From the human T2T-CHM13v2.0 reference genome, Homo sapiens: 64,000 nucleotides of DNA. Made by a program: the position numbers and the translations under genes. The first letter of the stretch is position 1; the number at the start of each line of letters is the position of its first letter. The DNA lies in the NCBI RefSeq assembly GCF_009914755.1, contig NC_060925.1. One strand, given 5' to 3'. Under the pieces are notes generated by a model. The model was given only the letters and a program-made list of their open reading frames with translations, did not search any database and was not told the DNA's origin. Shown piece after piece: positions 46,690 through 60,400 of the stretch.

Positions 46690-48340
46690 TAAATTAGATC
46701 AACTTTATTGAGGCATAATTTACATAATAAAATGTACACATTTTAAGTGTATAATATGATAAAGTCTGTCTAATGTACCACCATGGTCAAGATTATGTAA
46801 CATTATAAAAATGTTATAAAGCATTGTTTAAAATGTTATATAATGTAGGCTATAAAAACCCTACAAACTCCCTTGTGTCCCTTAGCAGTCAATCCTTCAT
46901 CCCCATCCTGGCCCCAAGGCAATCAATGATCTATTCTCTATCACTATAGATCAGATTTGTTTTTTCTAAAATTTTATAGAAACAGAATCATACAGAATGT
47001 ACTCATTGTGCTTGGCTTCTTTTTATCAGCATAATGTTTTTTGAGCTCATTTATATTGTATCAGCATTTCCCTTCTTATTGCTGAGTAGTATTGATATAT
47101 GGATACACTACAATATGTTTTTCCACTCATCTGTTGATGGACATTTGGGTTGTTTCCAGTTTGGGCTATTATGAATAAAGTACCTAAGGCAGCTGTAACA
47201 AATTACTGCAAACATGGTGGCTTAAAACAACATACATTTGTTCTCTTAGAGTTCTGGAGGTCAGAACTCCAAAACCAATTTCACTGGGCTGAAACCAGTG
47301 AGTCAGCAGGGCTGCTTCTGCTCCGGAGGCTCTCAGGAAGAATCCGTTTCCTTGCCTTTTCCAGCATCTAGAGCTGTATTCACTGGCTCATGGCCACTTC
47401 CTCCATATTCAAAGCCAGTGGCATAGCATCCTCTCTCTATGACTCTGTTTCCCTCTGCTTCTATCACATGACCTTCCTCTCTTTTATCTGTAATCTCCTT
47501 CTTATGAGGACACTTGTGATTGCATTTACAGCCCACCCAGCTAATTAAGCATAATATCCCCATCACAAGATCCTTAAATTAGTCATATCTGCAAAGTATT
47601 ACATGCATAAGGTAACATTCACAGGTTCCAAAGGTTAGAATATGGACCTCTTTTTTTTTTTTTTTTTTTTTGAGGGAGGCATTACTCAGCCTATCACAAA
47701 AGCTTTATGAATATTCAGGTGCAAGTCTTTGTTTAGACATATGCTTTTATTTCTCTTGGGTAGATGCCTATAAATACCTGGAATTACTGGGTCATATGAC
47801 AAGTACAAATTTAATGTCATAAGAAACTGCCACTATTTTCCAAAGTGGTTGTACCACTTTCACACTCTCACTAGCAACATATGAGGGTTCTGGCCAACTT
47901 CCTTAACACTTGGTATTGCCAGATGTTTTAATTTTAACCATCCTAGTGAATGTATGGTATATCTTCTTACAGTTTTAACTTGCGTTTCCATCACGAGTGA
48001 TGATATTGAGCATATTTTCATGTGTTGATTAGCCATTTGTATATTTTTATTAGTGAAATGTTTATTAAAACCTGTTTCCATTTTTAAAAATTTGGGTAGT
48101 TTGTCTTATTACTGAGTTCTCAGAGTTCTTTATTCTATAATCTGATATAAGTCCATGTCAGATACATATTACAAATATTTTCTCCCAGTCTGCGTCTTGT
48201 CTTTCATTTTGTAAATAAAGTCTTTCTAGGAACAAAAGTCCAAGACTTGATGAAGTCTGACTTATCCTTTATAAAATTTTATGGTTCATGCTTTTTATAT
48301 TCTAAGAAACCTTTGTTTATTCAAGGTCACAAAGATTTTT
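46690..48340 (-). mobile_element. L1MB 3' portion, inserted in a MER5-type element and interrupted by MLT1
   Basis: Reverse L1MB 3' end (aactttattgaggcataatttacata). ORF2 C-terminal remnant (IQMANQHMKICSISS, 47860-48081). Confidence 0.75.
47181..47698 (-). mobile_element. MLT1 (MaLR) solo LTR, MLT1B/C-like
   Basis: Runs gctgtaacaaattactgcaaacatggtggcttaaaacaaca...attactcagcctatcaca. Confidence 0.8.
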
Positions 48341-49597
48341 TTAAAACTCCCCAAGTAACTTTCATGCCCAGGCAAAGTTGAAAGCTACTGGTCTATAGGG
48401 AATCTGACTTGGCTTTTTCAATTTAACCTAAATTTTTGCCATAGAAACTTAAGAGTCCTAACAGCAAAACAGGAGTACAGTTCACTGCAGTGCTGTAAAA
48501 ACAAGGATGCAACTGAGCCTTAGCACTGTCTGAACTGACCAGCTTCCAAGCTTAAGTGTGAGCAGCTGTGAAGGGCTAGAAACAGTGATTTGAGAAAGCA
48601 AAGTCAGAGGTACTTTTAGTGTGTTCCAGCTAAGTAAAAAGAGAAAACAGGATTATCCTCTCTCCTGTAGGAAAAAGCACACCCAAGTTTATTTCAGTTT
48701 AAACTAAGCAAGTGGGAAAAATTATTTCTGTTCTTGGTGGGCTTCTTTAGAACATGCCCCTCATGGAGACCACAGGGAGATGGGAGTCAAACTTGGCAGT
48801 TTTTGCCCATGGTTTTTGAAGCCACCGCATTAAACAAATGAAGGTGGCAGCAATAATATTTGCCCAAACCCTGGTTCCAACAGAGGTTAGACAGACTGAG
48901 CTTTCATTACATGAAAGGAGATGTCAGGAGCACCAAACGGGCTCAATTTTCCCTCTCGTCCTAGACAAAGTCAGTCTGTTTTTAAGCTGTGAACAGGAGG
49001 CTACTTTCTCCAGATGTTATATTTAGCTAAAGGAATCTCCAACATGGCTTCATGCAAAATGTAAAATATGTCCCAGCAGACATTACCACAAACCAGAGGG
49101 CTAGCAAGGAGCCTCCCTTAAGGGGGTTCAATAGCATAGAGGGGCCAATTGTGCAGCCACCCTGACATCCCTAAATTAGCTAAATTAGCTGTGAGCCAGA
49201 TTTGGGGCCAATTCTCACATTTAATGAGTCCTTGTTTCCCTCTTACAGGGGGCAGAGATATTTTGCCCCTGAGGAGTGTAAACATGCTGCCCTATTTCAT
49301 TCCCAACTTCCAGCTGCTTGCCCCAACCCCAGGTAGGAAAAACAATCCAATGTTGATGTTCAACATCTCCATACCCTTTGAAGGTTTATGTGCAAAAGAA
49401 AAATTAGGTTAATTCTATAACTAAGTGAAATATCTGAATTCAATGAAACAGAGAAAATCCAGGATTTTCTCTTCTCTGTACAACATACTTAGAGAATCCT
49501 AATACAGTATGTAGATGAAAATGTTGGATTCTAGAGCCAGGTGACTGGAGTTAAACGTTAGCTTCATTTCGTTTTTCTTAATCTCTCTCTCTCTCTT

Positions 49598-49888
49598 CTT
49601 TTTTTCTGAGACGAAGTCTTGCTCTGTTGCCTAGACTGAAGTGCAACAGCATGATCTGTGCTCACTGCAACCTCCACTTCCCGGGTTCAAGAGATTCTCC
49701 TGCTTCAATCTCTTGAGTAGCTGGGATTACAGGCACTGGCCATCTTGCCTGGCTAATTTTTGTGTTTTTGTAGAGACGGGGTTTCACCATGTTGGCCAAG
49801 CTGGTCTTGAACTCCTGACCTCAGGTGATCTGCCCACCTTGGCCTCCCAAAGCGCTGCGATTACAGGCGTGAGCCACCGCTCCCAGCC
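49598..49888 (-). mobile_element. AluSx
   Basis: Reverse dimer, adjacent to the T-rich tail of the following AluJ. Confidence 0.88.
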
Positions 49889-49892
49889 CTCT

Positions 49893-50230
<338 letters not shown>

Positions 50231-51243
50231 TAATCTCTTTAAGCCATAGTTTCTTCCTTCATAAAACAGCGATGATGACAATAGTAACTACTTTATAAAA
50301 TTACGGTAAGGATTAAAGGAGATAATACATATAAAGTGCTTAACACGATACCTGGCACATAGAGGTTCAAAATATAATGACTTCTATTATCATAATTTTT
50401 GCAGTGAATCATTAAGTTTTATAGATTAAAAAAAGATTTTTAAAAATGTTGACTTTTGCTAGTGACAAACAGACCCAAATTCACATAAAGCACAGGTGTG
50501 TACAGCCATACCACAAATTAAGGTATCTTTTCTAAGCCTATGTCCCCAGAGAAATGGGTCCTTTTGCCACTGGAACCAAATTTACTGGTAAAACATATCT
50601 ATTTTATGTATTTGGATCCCAATTTGGTATTTCTTTATTGCTGACATTGTAGATATCAGCACCTGAAATAATCCTTCATTCTTCAAGAAATCTGGTCTTC
50701 ATTTGCTTAAGCTAGCCCTCTCCACACCTATATCCACTTTTGTTTGTCCTTATCTGTGGGATTAAAATTTACCTATCACAATTTAACAAAGGTAACCTAA
50801 CAACCAGAAGGAAGCCCCCAGTGTAGGATCCCCTTATCGTCACAGAACTGTGGTATCCTGAATTTGGAAGGCACCATGGAGATCACATAGACCACACTCT
50901 TTTTTTAAAGTTTAGGGAACTGAGGCACAGAAAGAAGTCATTGTCCAAGGTCTCAGAGTTAAGAGCAGAGCTAGGCCCAAGAGAAAGGGTCACTTGGAAA
51001 AGGCATCTCCTCTGATAGCACAAAGCAAATCCCCGGGAAGATTCATGTAACTACAGAATGGCTGAGGACATTCCTTAGGACTCTTATCTGATACTATATC
51101 TTAACCAGTAGGATTCTAATTCATGTGCAAGGACACTCTAAACAAAAGAGGTTAAAAAACTGGGGTGTGGTATGAAGAATGTTTGTTTGCCCATTACTAG
51201 AAAGCAGAGAGGCTCTTTACCCAGCCAAAAGAGAATGAATCAA

Positions 51244-51680
<437 letters not shown>

Positions 51681-51869
51681 AATCTATTTTTATGATCTGC
51701 CAACCAGCTCCTAATTTAAGAGTTTTCTGCCTACATGGGAATGCCCCAAGGGAGGGAGAAAAGAGATTATTCACCCTGTGGGATAGTAATCATTGGCCAT
51801 TCAACAACCCTGGGCATGTCTCTAATCAACTACAATTTAATTGATCCAAAGTTACAAAGATCAAGAGAA

Positions 51870-52215
51870 ATTCCTATGATCTGCAACTATACACAACAGT
51901 ATGAATAAATCTCACAAACATAATATTGAAAGAAACCAAACAAAAAAGAGTACATACTGTGCAATTCTACTTATATAAAGTATGAAACCAAGCAAAGCTA
52001 ATCTCTGCTGTTAAAAGTCAAGACAGTTGTTATCCTTGGGGATTTAGGGTGGGGAGATGACTAGAAGGGAATATGAGGGGGTTTCTAGGGTACAGAAATG
52101 TTCTGTTTCTTGATCTGGGTGCTGGTTACACAAGTGTGAATTCAGTTTGTGAAAATGCATATAGCTATTAAATTATAATAGGCATACTTTTCTTCAGTGA
52201 AATGTAATATATAAA
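51870..52215 (+). mobile_element. L1ME 3' end fragment
   Basis: Runs caactatacacaacagtatgaataaatctcacaaacataat...cttgatctgggtgctggttacaca. Confidence 0.7.
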
Positions 52216-53973
52216 CAGTCCTATGAGAAATAAGTTCTTCCTCACGCTCTAGCATAGTAATACACGGCTTAAGGAAGTCAACCCTGAGCCCATGGCTAGG
52301 AATATCATTCACAGACGAATTTTCTTCATGGATGTCATATGCCCCACACCTTGTATACATGCCATGTACCTACCTTTGGTGAAATATGCATAGGGCACTT
52401 GAAGAGCCAGGAACACTCGTGACTTTGCTATCTGGCTGCCTTCAGTATAAGCATCTCTGAGATCTGGAGAGGCTATTAAATTATCTAGCCTGGTTTTTCT
52501 CTAACCTTCTAAGGCTTGGTAAAAAGGGAGCTGAGAGACTGAGTGAAGTCTAGCTAGGTGAACAGATCTTATAAAAGTTGTTTTCTCGGATGAACAAAGA
52601 AAACGGAGGAGGAAACTATCAGTCAAGCCCTTTCCTTCTTGAGATAGTCTAAGTGGCTGTCAAGGTCATAGAGACGAGCTGTCAAAATTTCACCTAAATA
52701 GGTTTTAATTTTAGTCACACACATGCATCACCAAGTATTGCAGAATAATTCAAATTAATGACAACCAAGCTGAAGCTGATGCTGGAAACCATGGAGGAGA
52801 TGGTGAGAAGTACCCTCACTCCAAAATGAGGTGTGGCCCCAACCACAGCACAGCCGGGCTACTAATAATAGCCAGTGAGCTCTGGGAGGAGTTATCTTTC
52901 TCTGCCTTCTTTTCGTCGTCAGATGATTGTACCCTCAATATTCTGTCTCTAAGACACAGGGAAAGCACCTTCACGGATGCAATTAGGTAGATGGAAGATT
53001 CCAAATCAGTTATTTGATCAGGCTGGTAATTACAGAAAAAAAATGGGGTATTAATTCCAGATCTAGTGAAATCTGGAAAAATTCCTGAGAACTGGAAAGC
53101 TGATCAAGAGCTTTGACTGTATCGACTACAGTCCTGTTTACCAGTCTTTTCTCTCATACTTTCAAATTTTAATAATGGATTTTGTCACCTGGAAACTGAT
53201 GAATTCTAAATAGCCCTCTATAATCTTTTTCTACCTATAACTTTTAGGAAGATTATTTGCCTTCTGGAAAGTCTTCCGGGGATGTCAATGCTTGAATGGT
53301 AGACATGACATATCATATACAATGGTTGGGGCCTTCACCGCTGTCTGTAACCCAACCTCATGAATAAATGATTCCACTTTGAGCTCAAGCTGAGACAGCT
53401 TAGAAAAGAGCTTCCTGGATTTTCAAGAGGCTGGTTCCATCGTTGACAGGTAAGGTGAATTGGGTCCTTAAGATTATCATGATTATTTTGAGTTTTCCTT
53501 TGTCAAATTGTTCAACCTATACCCAAGGAAGTACGATAACAATTGAGTTCCGAAAGCATTCAGAGACCCAAAGACAAAGACATACCACGATAAGAATAAC
53601 CACACTTTTGAGTCTACCTTGGCCAAGATAAGACCCTGGGAAGAAAACTAAACTAAAAACATAAACGTATATGAGTTTGCTAAATGAACTAGAATAGGAA
53701 AACATAAAATGACAGTGTTGGCCCCTTAAGCTCAACAGCTTCAAAAATCACTTTAAGAAAACTTCCCAAAACACAGTTTTTGTTAATAGATGCAGATTAT
53801 GAATTATAGTACCAGCCCTGGGTTTATACCTTGCAAATGGTTCCTTTCCCAAGGCTACTATTAATTCAGCTCAGAAAGGAAGAAAGGAATGCCAATTCAA
53901 ATAATTTTTTTCTCCACAAGTATGTGGTAGGGAATGACTAGTGGAAAGCCTATGAAGTGGGCCAATAAGATAT

Positions 53974-54120
53974 TCTTTCTTTTATTTTTTCTTTCCAACT
54001 TTTATTTTAGGTTCAAGGGGGGTATATGTGCAAGTTTGTTACATGGGTAAATTGCATGTCATGGGGGTCTGGTGTACAGATAATTTTGTCACCCAGGTAA
54101 TCAACATAATATCTAATAGG
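53974..54120 (-). mobile_element. Short L1 3'-terminal fragment (old L1PA/L1PB)
   Basis: ttttattttaggttcaagggggtatatgtgcaagtttgttacatgggtaaattgcatgtc is a reverse L1PA13-16-type 3' end. Confidence 0.8.
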
Positions 54121-54179
54121 ATTTTAAAAATTGTGTCATTGCTCCACCCAAGAACCTCTGTGAAGAAATATCTCTGTAC

Positions 54180-54342
54180 CTTTTTAAAGAGTCTTCCTGA
54201 GTCCTCGCTGACTTGTACAAATCGAGGAATGATATTATTCAGGTAGATGTCACTCAGGGTGGTATGGTCCCTGCTTTCCCGCTTCACCTGGTTTAAGAGG
54301 AGATTCCAGCAGTTGACTGGAGAGAGAACATTCTGATCCTTC
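54180..54342 (-). CDS. SRGAP2: SRGAP2 coding exon 3 (163 nt): (K)KDQNVLSPVNCWNLLLNQVKRESRDHTTLSDIYLNNIIPRFVQVSEDSGRLFKK
   Basis: The translation matches the recalled SRGAP2 F-BAR sequence, residues 88-141. Acceptor is cttcacag|G and donor is AAG|gtacag. Lies within ORF 54039..54398. Confidence 0.97.
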
Positions 54343-55154
54343 CTGTGAAGAAACATCAAGGAAAAGAAGTCATTGTTGATACGCAGCCAGGGCAACATCT
54401 ACAACTATAGTCCGTGTCCTAAAATCACAGCAATCAAAGCCAATCCAGAAATAAAGATATTTTTCCTGAAGCTCACCTCTCTAGTTTTCTCCTTTTCTAA
54501 AAACTCAGTGGAGAAAAAAGGAGAAAATAAGGACAAGAAGGAGAGGGAGGGAAGAGGGGATGTACAAGGAGAAACAGGATTATCTGTTAGGCACCTACTA
54601 TGTTCTAAGAACTTGGTGAATGCTTTATACGTATTATCTCATCTCATCTAAGCTCTATCATTTCATTTTAAGGAAAGAACTACCATTATCCCCCTTCAAC
54701 TGATTAGAAAACTGAAGCTCAGAGAGGTTGTCACTTGTCTACAGCGAGTAAGACTAACACAACAAGTAAGAGGGCGCCAGGGACTAGAACAACAGTTCTG
54801 CATTGTCTGGCTAGACCAGGTCTAAGGTGATTCTGAAGTCCATCATTTTAGCCACTAAGTCATTTGGTTTGTCCCTAGGGTTAGAAACCAAAGTTAGAGA
54901 TTTTGTCTAGACACAAAAATCACTACAGCACTACAAAATCCCCACAAATGTATCCATTGTAGGATTTAATAAAGGCAAATTTGGAGACATATGCCATTAA
55001 AATGTTACTGAAAACTCTGGAGTTCCACAGAACACATCTAAGGAAGTTTTGATTTCATTTATTGAGCCATGATCTCATGTCCCATACAATCAAGAACACA
55101 AACCATACCTGAACATGTGTTCCTAAAATGTCTACAGCTTGAGTGGAGCAGTAA

Positions 55155-55490
<336 letters not shown>

Positions 55491-57101
55491 TAGATGCTCA
55501 TTTCTAATGAAAACATTGTGATCCAAAAGAATTATTGATTACCAACTCAGCATTAACTTAAGCAACAGAAAGTTCTACATTTGGAAGTTGGATTTCTTTA
55601 AGGAGAGAAACAAAAGTAGGAATAATTTGCAGTACTATTTATCAAGGGATACTGTACACATATCTGGGCCCTTTATACATGTTGTTTGACTTAAACCCCA
55701 CAACTACCTGATGAGGTGGGTGTTATTAACCACATTTGGAAGATGAGGAAAAGTAGACTAAAAATTTTTAAACACTTTGCCCAAGGTCATATAGCTAAAA
55801 AGTGGCAATTCCAGAATTCAAACCAAGCCTATAACTGCAAAGCGAGTACTCTCATTCACTGCAAATAATAACTATCTGTTTCTTTCCCCCTTTCCTCTCT
55901 TCTCCGCTCCAGTCAGACTCCTACTACAAGGAAAGTGAGTTGAGAGTAGCTTGGTTATTGAGTCAGTACTGCCTCCATTCAGCACTAAAGACCAGGCACT
56001 TGTGATTTGTAAACCATGAAGTTCAACTTAGAAGGCTTTTCCAATTCTATAGTAGTAACTATTAACAAATAATCATGCCATACTTACTTGGACTTCAGAA
56101 CACATCAGACAAATCAAATATCTGTCTAACCCAACCAAGAAGTTACTTCAAACCAATTAATATTAGAGTCCAAATTGAAACTGTTCTAAACCTGTATCCG
56201 GGTACCACTCACCCCCTGCCCCAGGCATCACTCTTCTGTAGCCAAAATCACTAACTCTTAAGCGTGCCAATCACTGTGACAACACTTACCTTTTTAGGGA
56301 AACTGAAAGATTTCTATGGAAATCAAAAATATACCAGCTGAGAGGAAGAGAGACACATAATTAATTTACTCCTTTCAAAATGTTTAGTATCTGGGGAAAA
56401 AAAAGTGAACTGGAAACAATCCTAAATTCAAAATGGTAAGATATTTGAACACATGCATTCCATAGCATCTGATGTCTCCATTGCAAGAAAACTTTCAAAA
56501 TGATTCCAATTAGATTTCAGTTACAAAATTCTAAATAACCTAATTTACATTTTAATCAAGTGGTGTCTCTCGGCAAGATACCCATGTCCTCAGTAAGCAT
56601 GCTTTTTAAAGGGGCAGATCTCATGAGACTTTACATTGACAATTGGTTTCAATCTATTTCTTAAGGAAGAAGATGGATTGGGGGGGATCTATACTGGTTC
56701 TTTCCCTATAGCACTTTACATACACACAAATAATGCCACAATTCAATTCCACAAATGTACACACATTTGTATCTTAAATGAACAAGGCATGGTGTTAGGT
56801 GCTTTAGTGGTTATAAAAGTGCAAATGCTGCAATATAGTAAGGGAGACAAAGAAAGACCTATAGTAAAGTAGAACTTTAATGGTGGTACAAACAAAAGGC
56901 CAGCTAGCTCAGAAAGGTAGACCGCAGATCAAAAGAGGAAGCAGAGGAGGCAAAATCAACCTAACACCATGGGAAAGGATGCAGAGCACATATCCCCAAG
57001 GTGTCCTCAAAAGAAAAGATGACTGAACAAAGATGGGTCAATAAACAGGATGGCTGGAAGTAGAAATCTTTTAAAATAAAATGCCTTACCACTTAATGCT
57101 A

Positions 57102-57422
<321 letters not shown>

Positions 57423-60400
57423 GAACTTGCAAGGTGCTATAAGTACTTTTCACATGTATTTATTTCCATCCTTACAGCATTTTGTGCGATAGTTACAGTA
57501 TTAGTATTGGTTTCAGAGAGCAGGAGCTTTTAAACTGTGTTCTGAGATACTCTGGAATTAGCAGAAAATCACATTTCAATTTAAAAAACGGTGACACATC
57601 CATTCAAATGAGCAACCCTCACTGACATGAGCAAGAGACCCAGGACCCAGTTTCCCTGCATTAGATACCACTGCAATGTCTCGCAGGCTGCTAGCATTGT
57701 TTTATGTAAACCCTGGAAGAAAGAATCACTGTATGCCTTGGAACTTCTGAACAATATGCTATTAATTAGAATACATGTAGCTTTGCATAGGTTTATTTTT
57801 TCATTCAAGCCTGTGTGTGCCTCCTCCAATAAAGCTGTACAGGTGAGCCTATAACTTGACACACAGCAGCAAGGTTCAATCACATGCCATAGAAGGCTCA
57901 AGGGCCTAGGCTGGGTTCATGTGAGACCGTGGTTGGGTAGCGAAAATCAACATGCTTAATATCATACCATCTCATCATCAGTTGTTGCGATGCCTATTAT
58001 ACATGTTGGGGCTTATCCAATTAATATTTATGAAGGGGAATAGCTGCTAGGTGATGATAGTGACTCAACTTTAAAACAAAAATATCTTCTTTTTTCCATC
58101 TAAATCAATTTAAAGCTCAAGATTACAATAACTTATCTATGCTAATCAGAATTTTCTTGATATTGGACTACCTAAACCAAAACCAGATGCTGAAATGAAT
58201 ATAAAACTATAACTGATTCATAATCCTGATCTCAATATTTTTAGTTCATAAAAACAGCCTCATTGTTCTCATTGACTGACAGTATAATAAGTACTCTATA
58301 AATTTGTACTTTAAAAGCAGATTTATACCAATAAAAATACTGCTTTGATCTGTTTCATATATTGAGGCTCTATGCAAGATTTTTATTTTAAAAAAGGAGT
58401 CTATGCTTAAAAAACCAGCACTAGATCCTGTTGGCTGTTTCTTCCAGGAGTTCTCAGCCTCTCCTACTATTAATGCAGCTTTTCACACAATATTTCTGGT
58501 CCTTTGAGTCTGTAAGCTTTCTCAGACATATTCTTCCTTTCAACTGAGGTGTTTCAATTAATTCATTTATTTATTTTTGGGTAGTGGTAGAGCAAGTAAG
58601 GTAGAGAGAAAGTGGGAGGAGGGGATCACAAATATACAGACAATTTTCCCAGCCAACACGAACAAAGATGAAACACACTTCAGGCTGGAAAATAAGCACG
58701 GCAACGAGACGTGATTTCATAGGGAGCATATTAAGGCTCTGCTAGAGTGGTTTCCTGCTCCAGAAGCTTTGCAGCCTCATTTTATTTGGGACCGCTGAAG
58801 CCAAGGGAACTTCGTTTGGTTAGGAGATTGAAATTTGTCTTTATATCTTTTCCATCTATCATTTGTTTGCACAGTCTCTTTACTTTCCCCACCCCCAGAG
58901 CCTTAGGTTGTATAATACTTGGGCCTTTAAAGGAAAGGGTCTGCATCCCTTAGGAATGTGCTGAGCAGCTGCAAACCTCCTCAAACACTAATCCCTAAAA
59001 AGCAGACAAAATACCTAGGAGTATTTTTCTTACTTAAAATGTTTTTCAGGAGGAAGATCAAGAAAACATCATACTATACCTGAGAGGGAATGACTCTGGA
59101 GTCGAAAGGAGACCCGGAAAGTCACATGCTGCCTGTACATCTGCAGGAGACATTATCACTGTAAATGCACTGAAAGAGATAAACCTGCATAGCTGAATCA
59201 TTAGCTTCGAAGACATTAGCCCAGCTTTTCTCCCTCAACTTGGACTATTTATGGACGTTCAACAAACTTAGCAACAAGCGCTTAAAGGGATTTCTCTAAA
59301 ATATCCATGGTGAAGAGCCAAGTCTATAAAGGTCCAAGTTGGCCTCTCTATTATGGTTCTTTTCCATATCACCTCTGTTTGGTTTTTATCATCTCATCTA
59401 TAAAATGGACACGTGCCCTATTGGTATACATCTCACTCCTCAAAGATCTTCAAAGTATGGCTGTAAAATCCTAGACGCTCTCCTGACCTAAGGTGCCATT
59501 TAATTAATAATTGCTACGTTCATGGCTGTGCAGATGGAATGCATGGCATGAGGCTGGCATTGCTGGAATATAGCTTGAGCTTCTGCATTGCTATAACGAG
59601 GTGTGTTTCCTTTTGGGCCAATAGTCTCTAAGTTGCTCACCTCTCAGGGCTGTTGTGTGGATCAAATGAAATGATGGATGCAAAAGAACTATGCCAATAG
59701 TTCAGCACTATACAAATGTGAAGAAATATTATTATTTTTATTTCCAAACAAACTAGGACTCAGCTTTCATCAATTTCCAACATGCTTCTCACCCGGCTCT
59801 GGGCCAGGGCCAAGATTGCTGCCTGCTGAAAATGCACAGCCTTCAGCAAATAATGGTTTGAGTAAGACAGCAGCAACAGGCAATTAACAAAGCAGCCGTA
59901 AGGCTCTGGGAAGACGTGAGAGAGATACCAACAGGAGAGCAGATTTTAATCTCCCACTGTCCTTTCCCTAAGGGACAAGGTAGAACAATCAGTCCTGCAT
60001 TCCACACTGGGAACTGTGTGCTGAGGTTGACAGAAAGGAATCCAAAGGGAGCACAGATTGCCCAAACCCTAGATGCTTCAGCAACTTATACTAAGCTCCC
60101 ATCCCCTGTCTCAGAATTCCTATCAAACCTGCCAATCTGCATAGAGAGATGGCAACTATCAATACATCTAAGCAGAATATAATTTCTCGCTTTTAAAAAC
60201 AGACCTATCTGTGATGATAGACAAAACTTAAAGAGTTAAATACATCATTCAATATATGTTATTGAACATACAAGTATGTGGTGAATAAAAAAAGGTACAT
60301 GCATGATAAAAGGAATCATTTAAGTGATGGTTGGACAGGGAACTTGTGACAAGAAGGAGGTTGGATTTTTTAACCTAAATTCCCTCCTGGCACCTTGATT

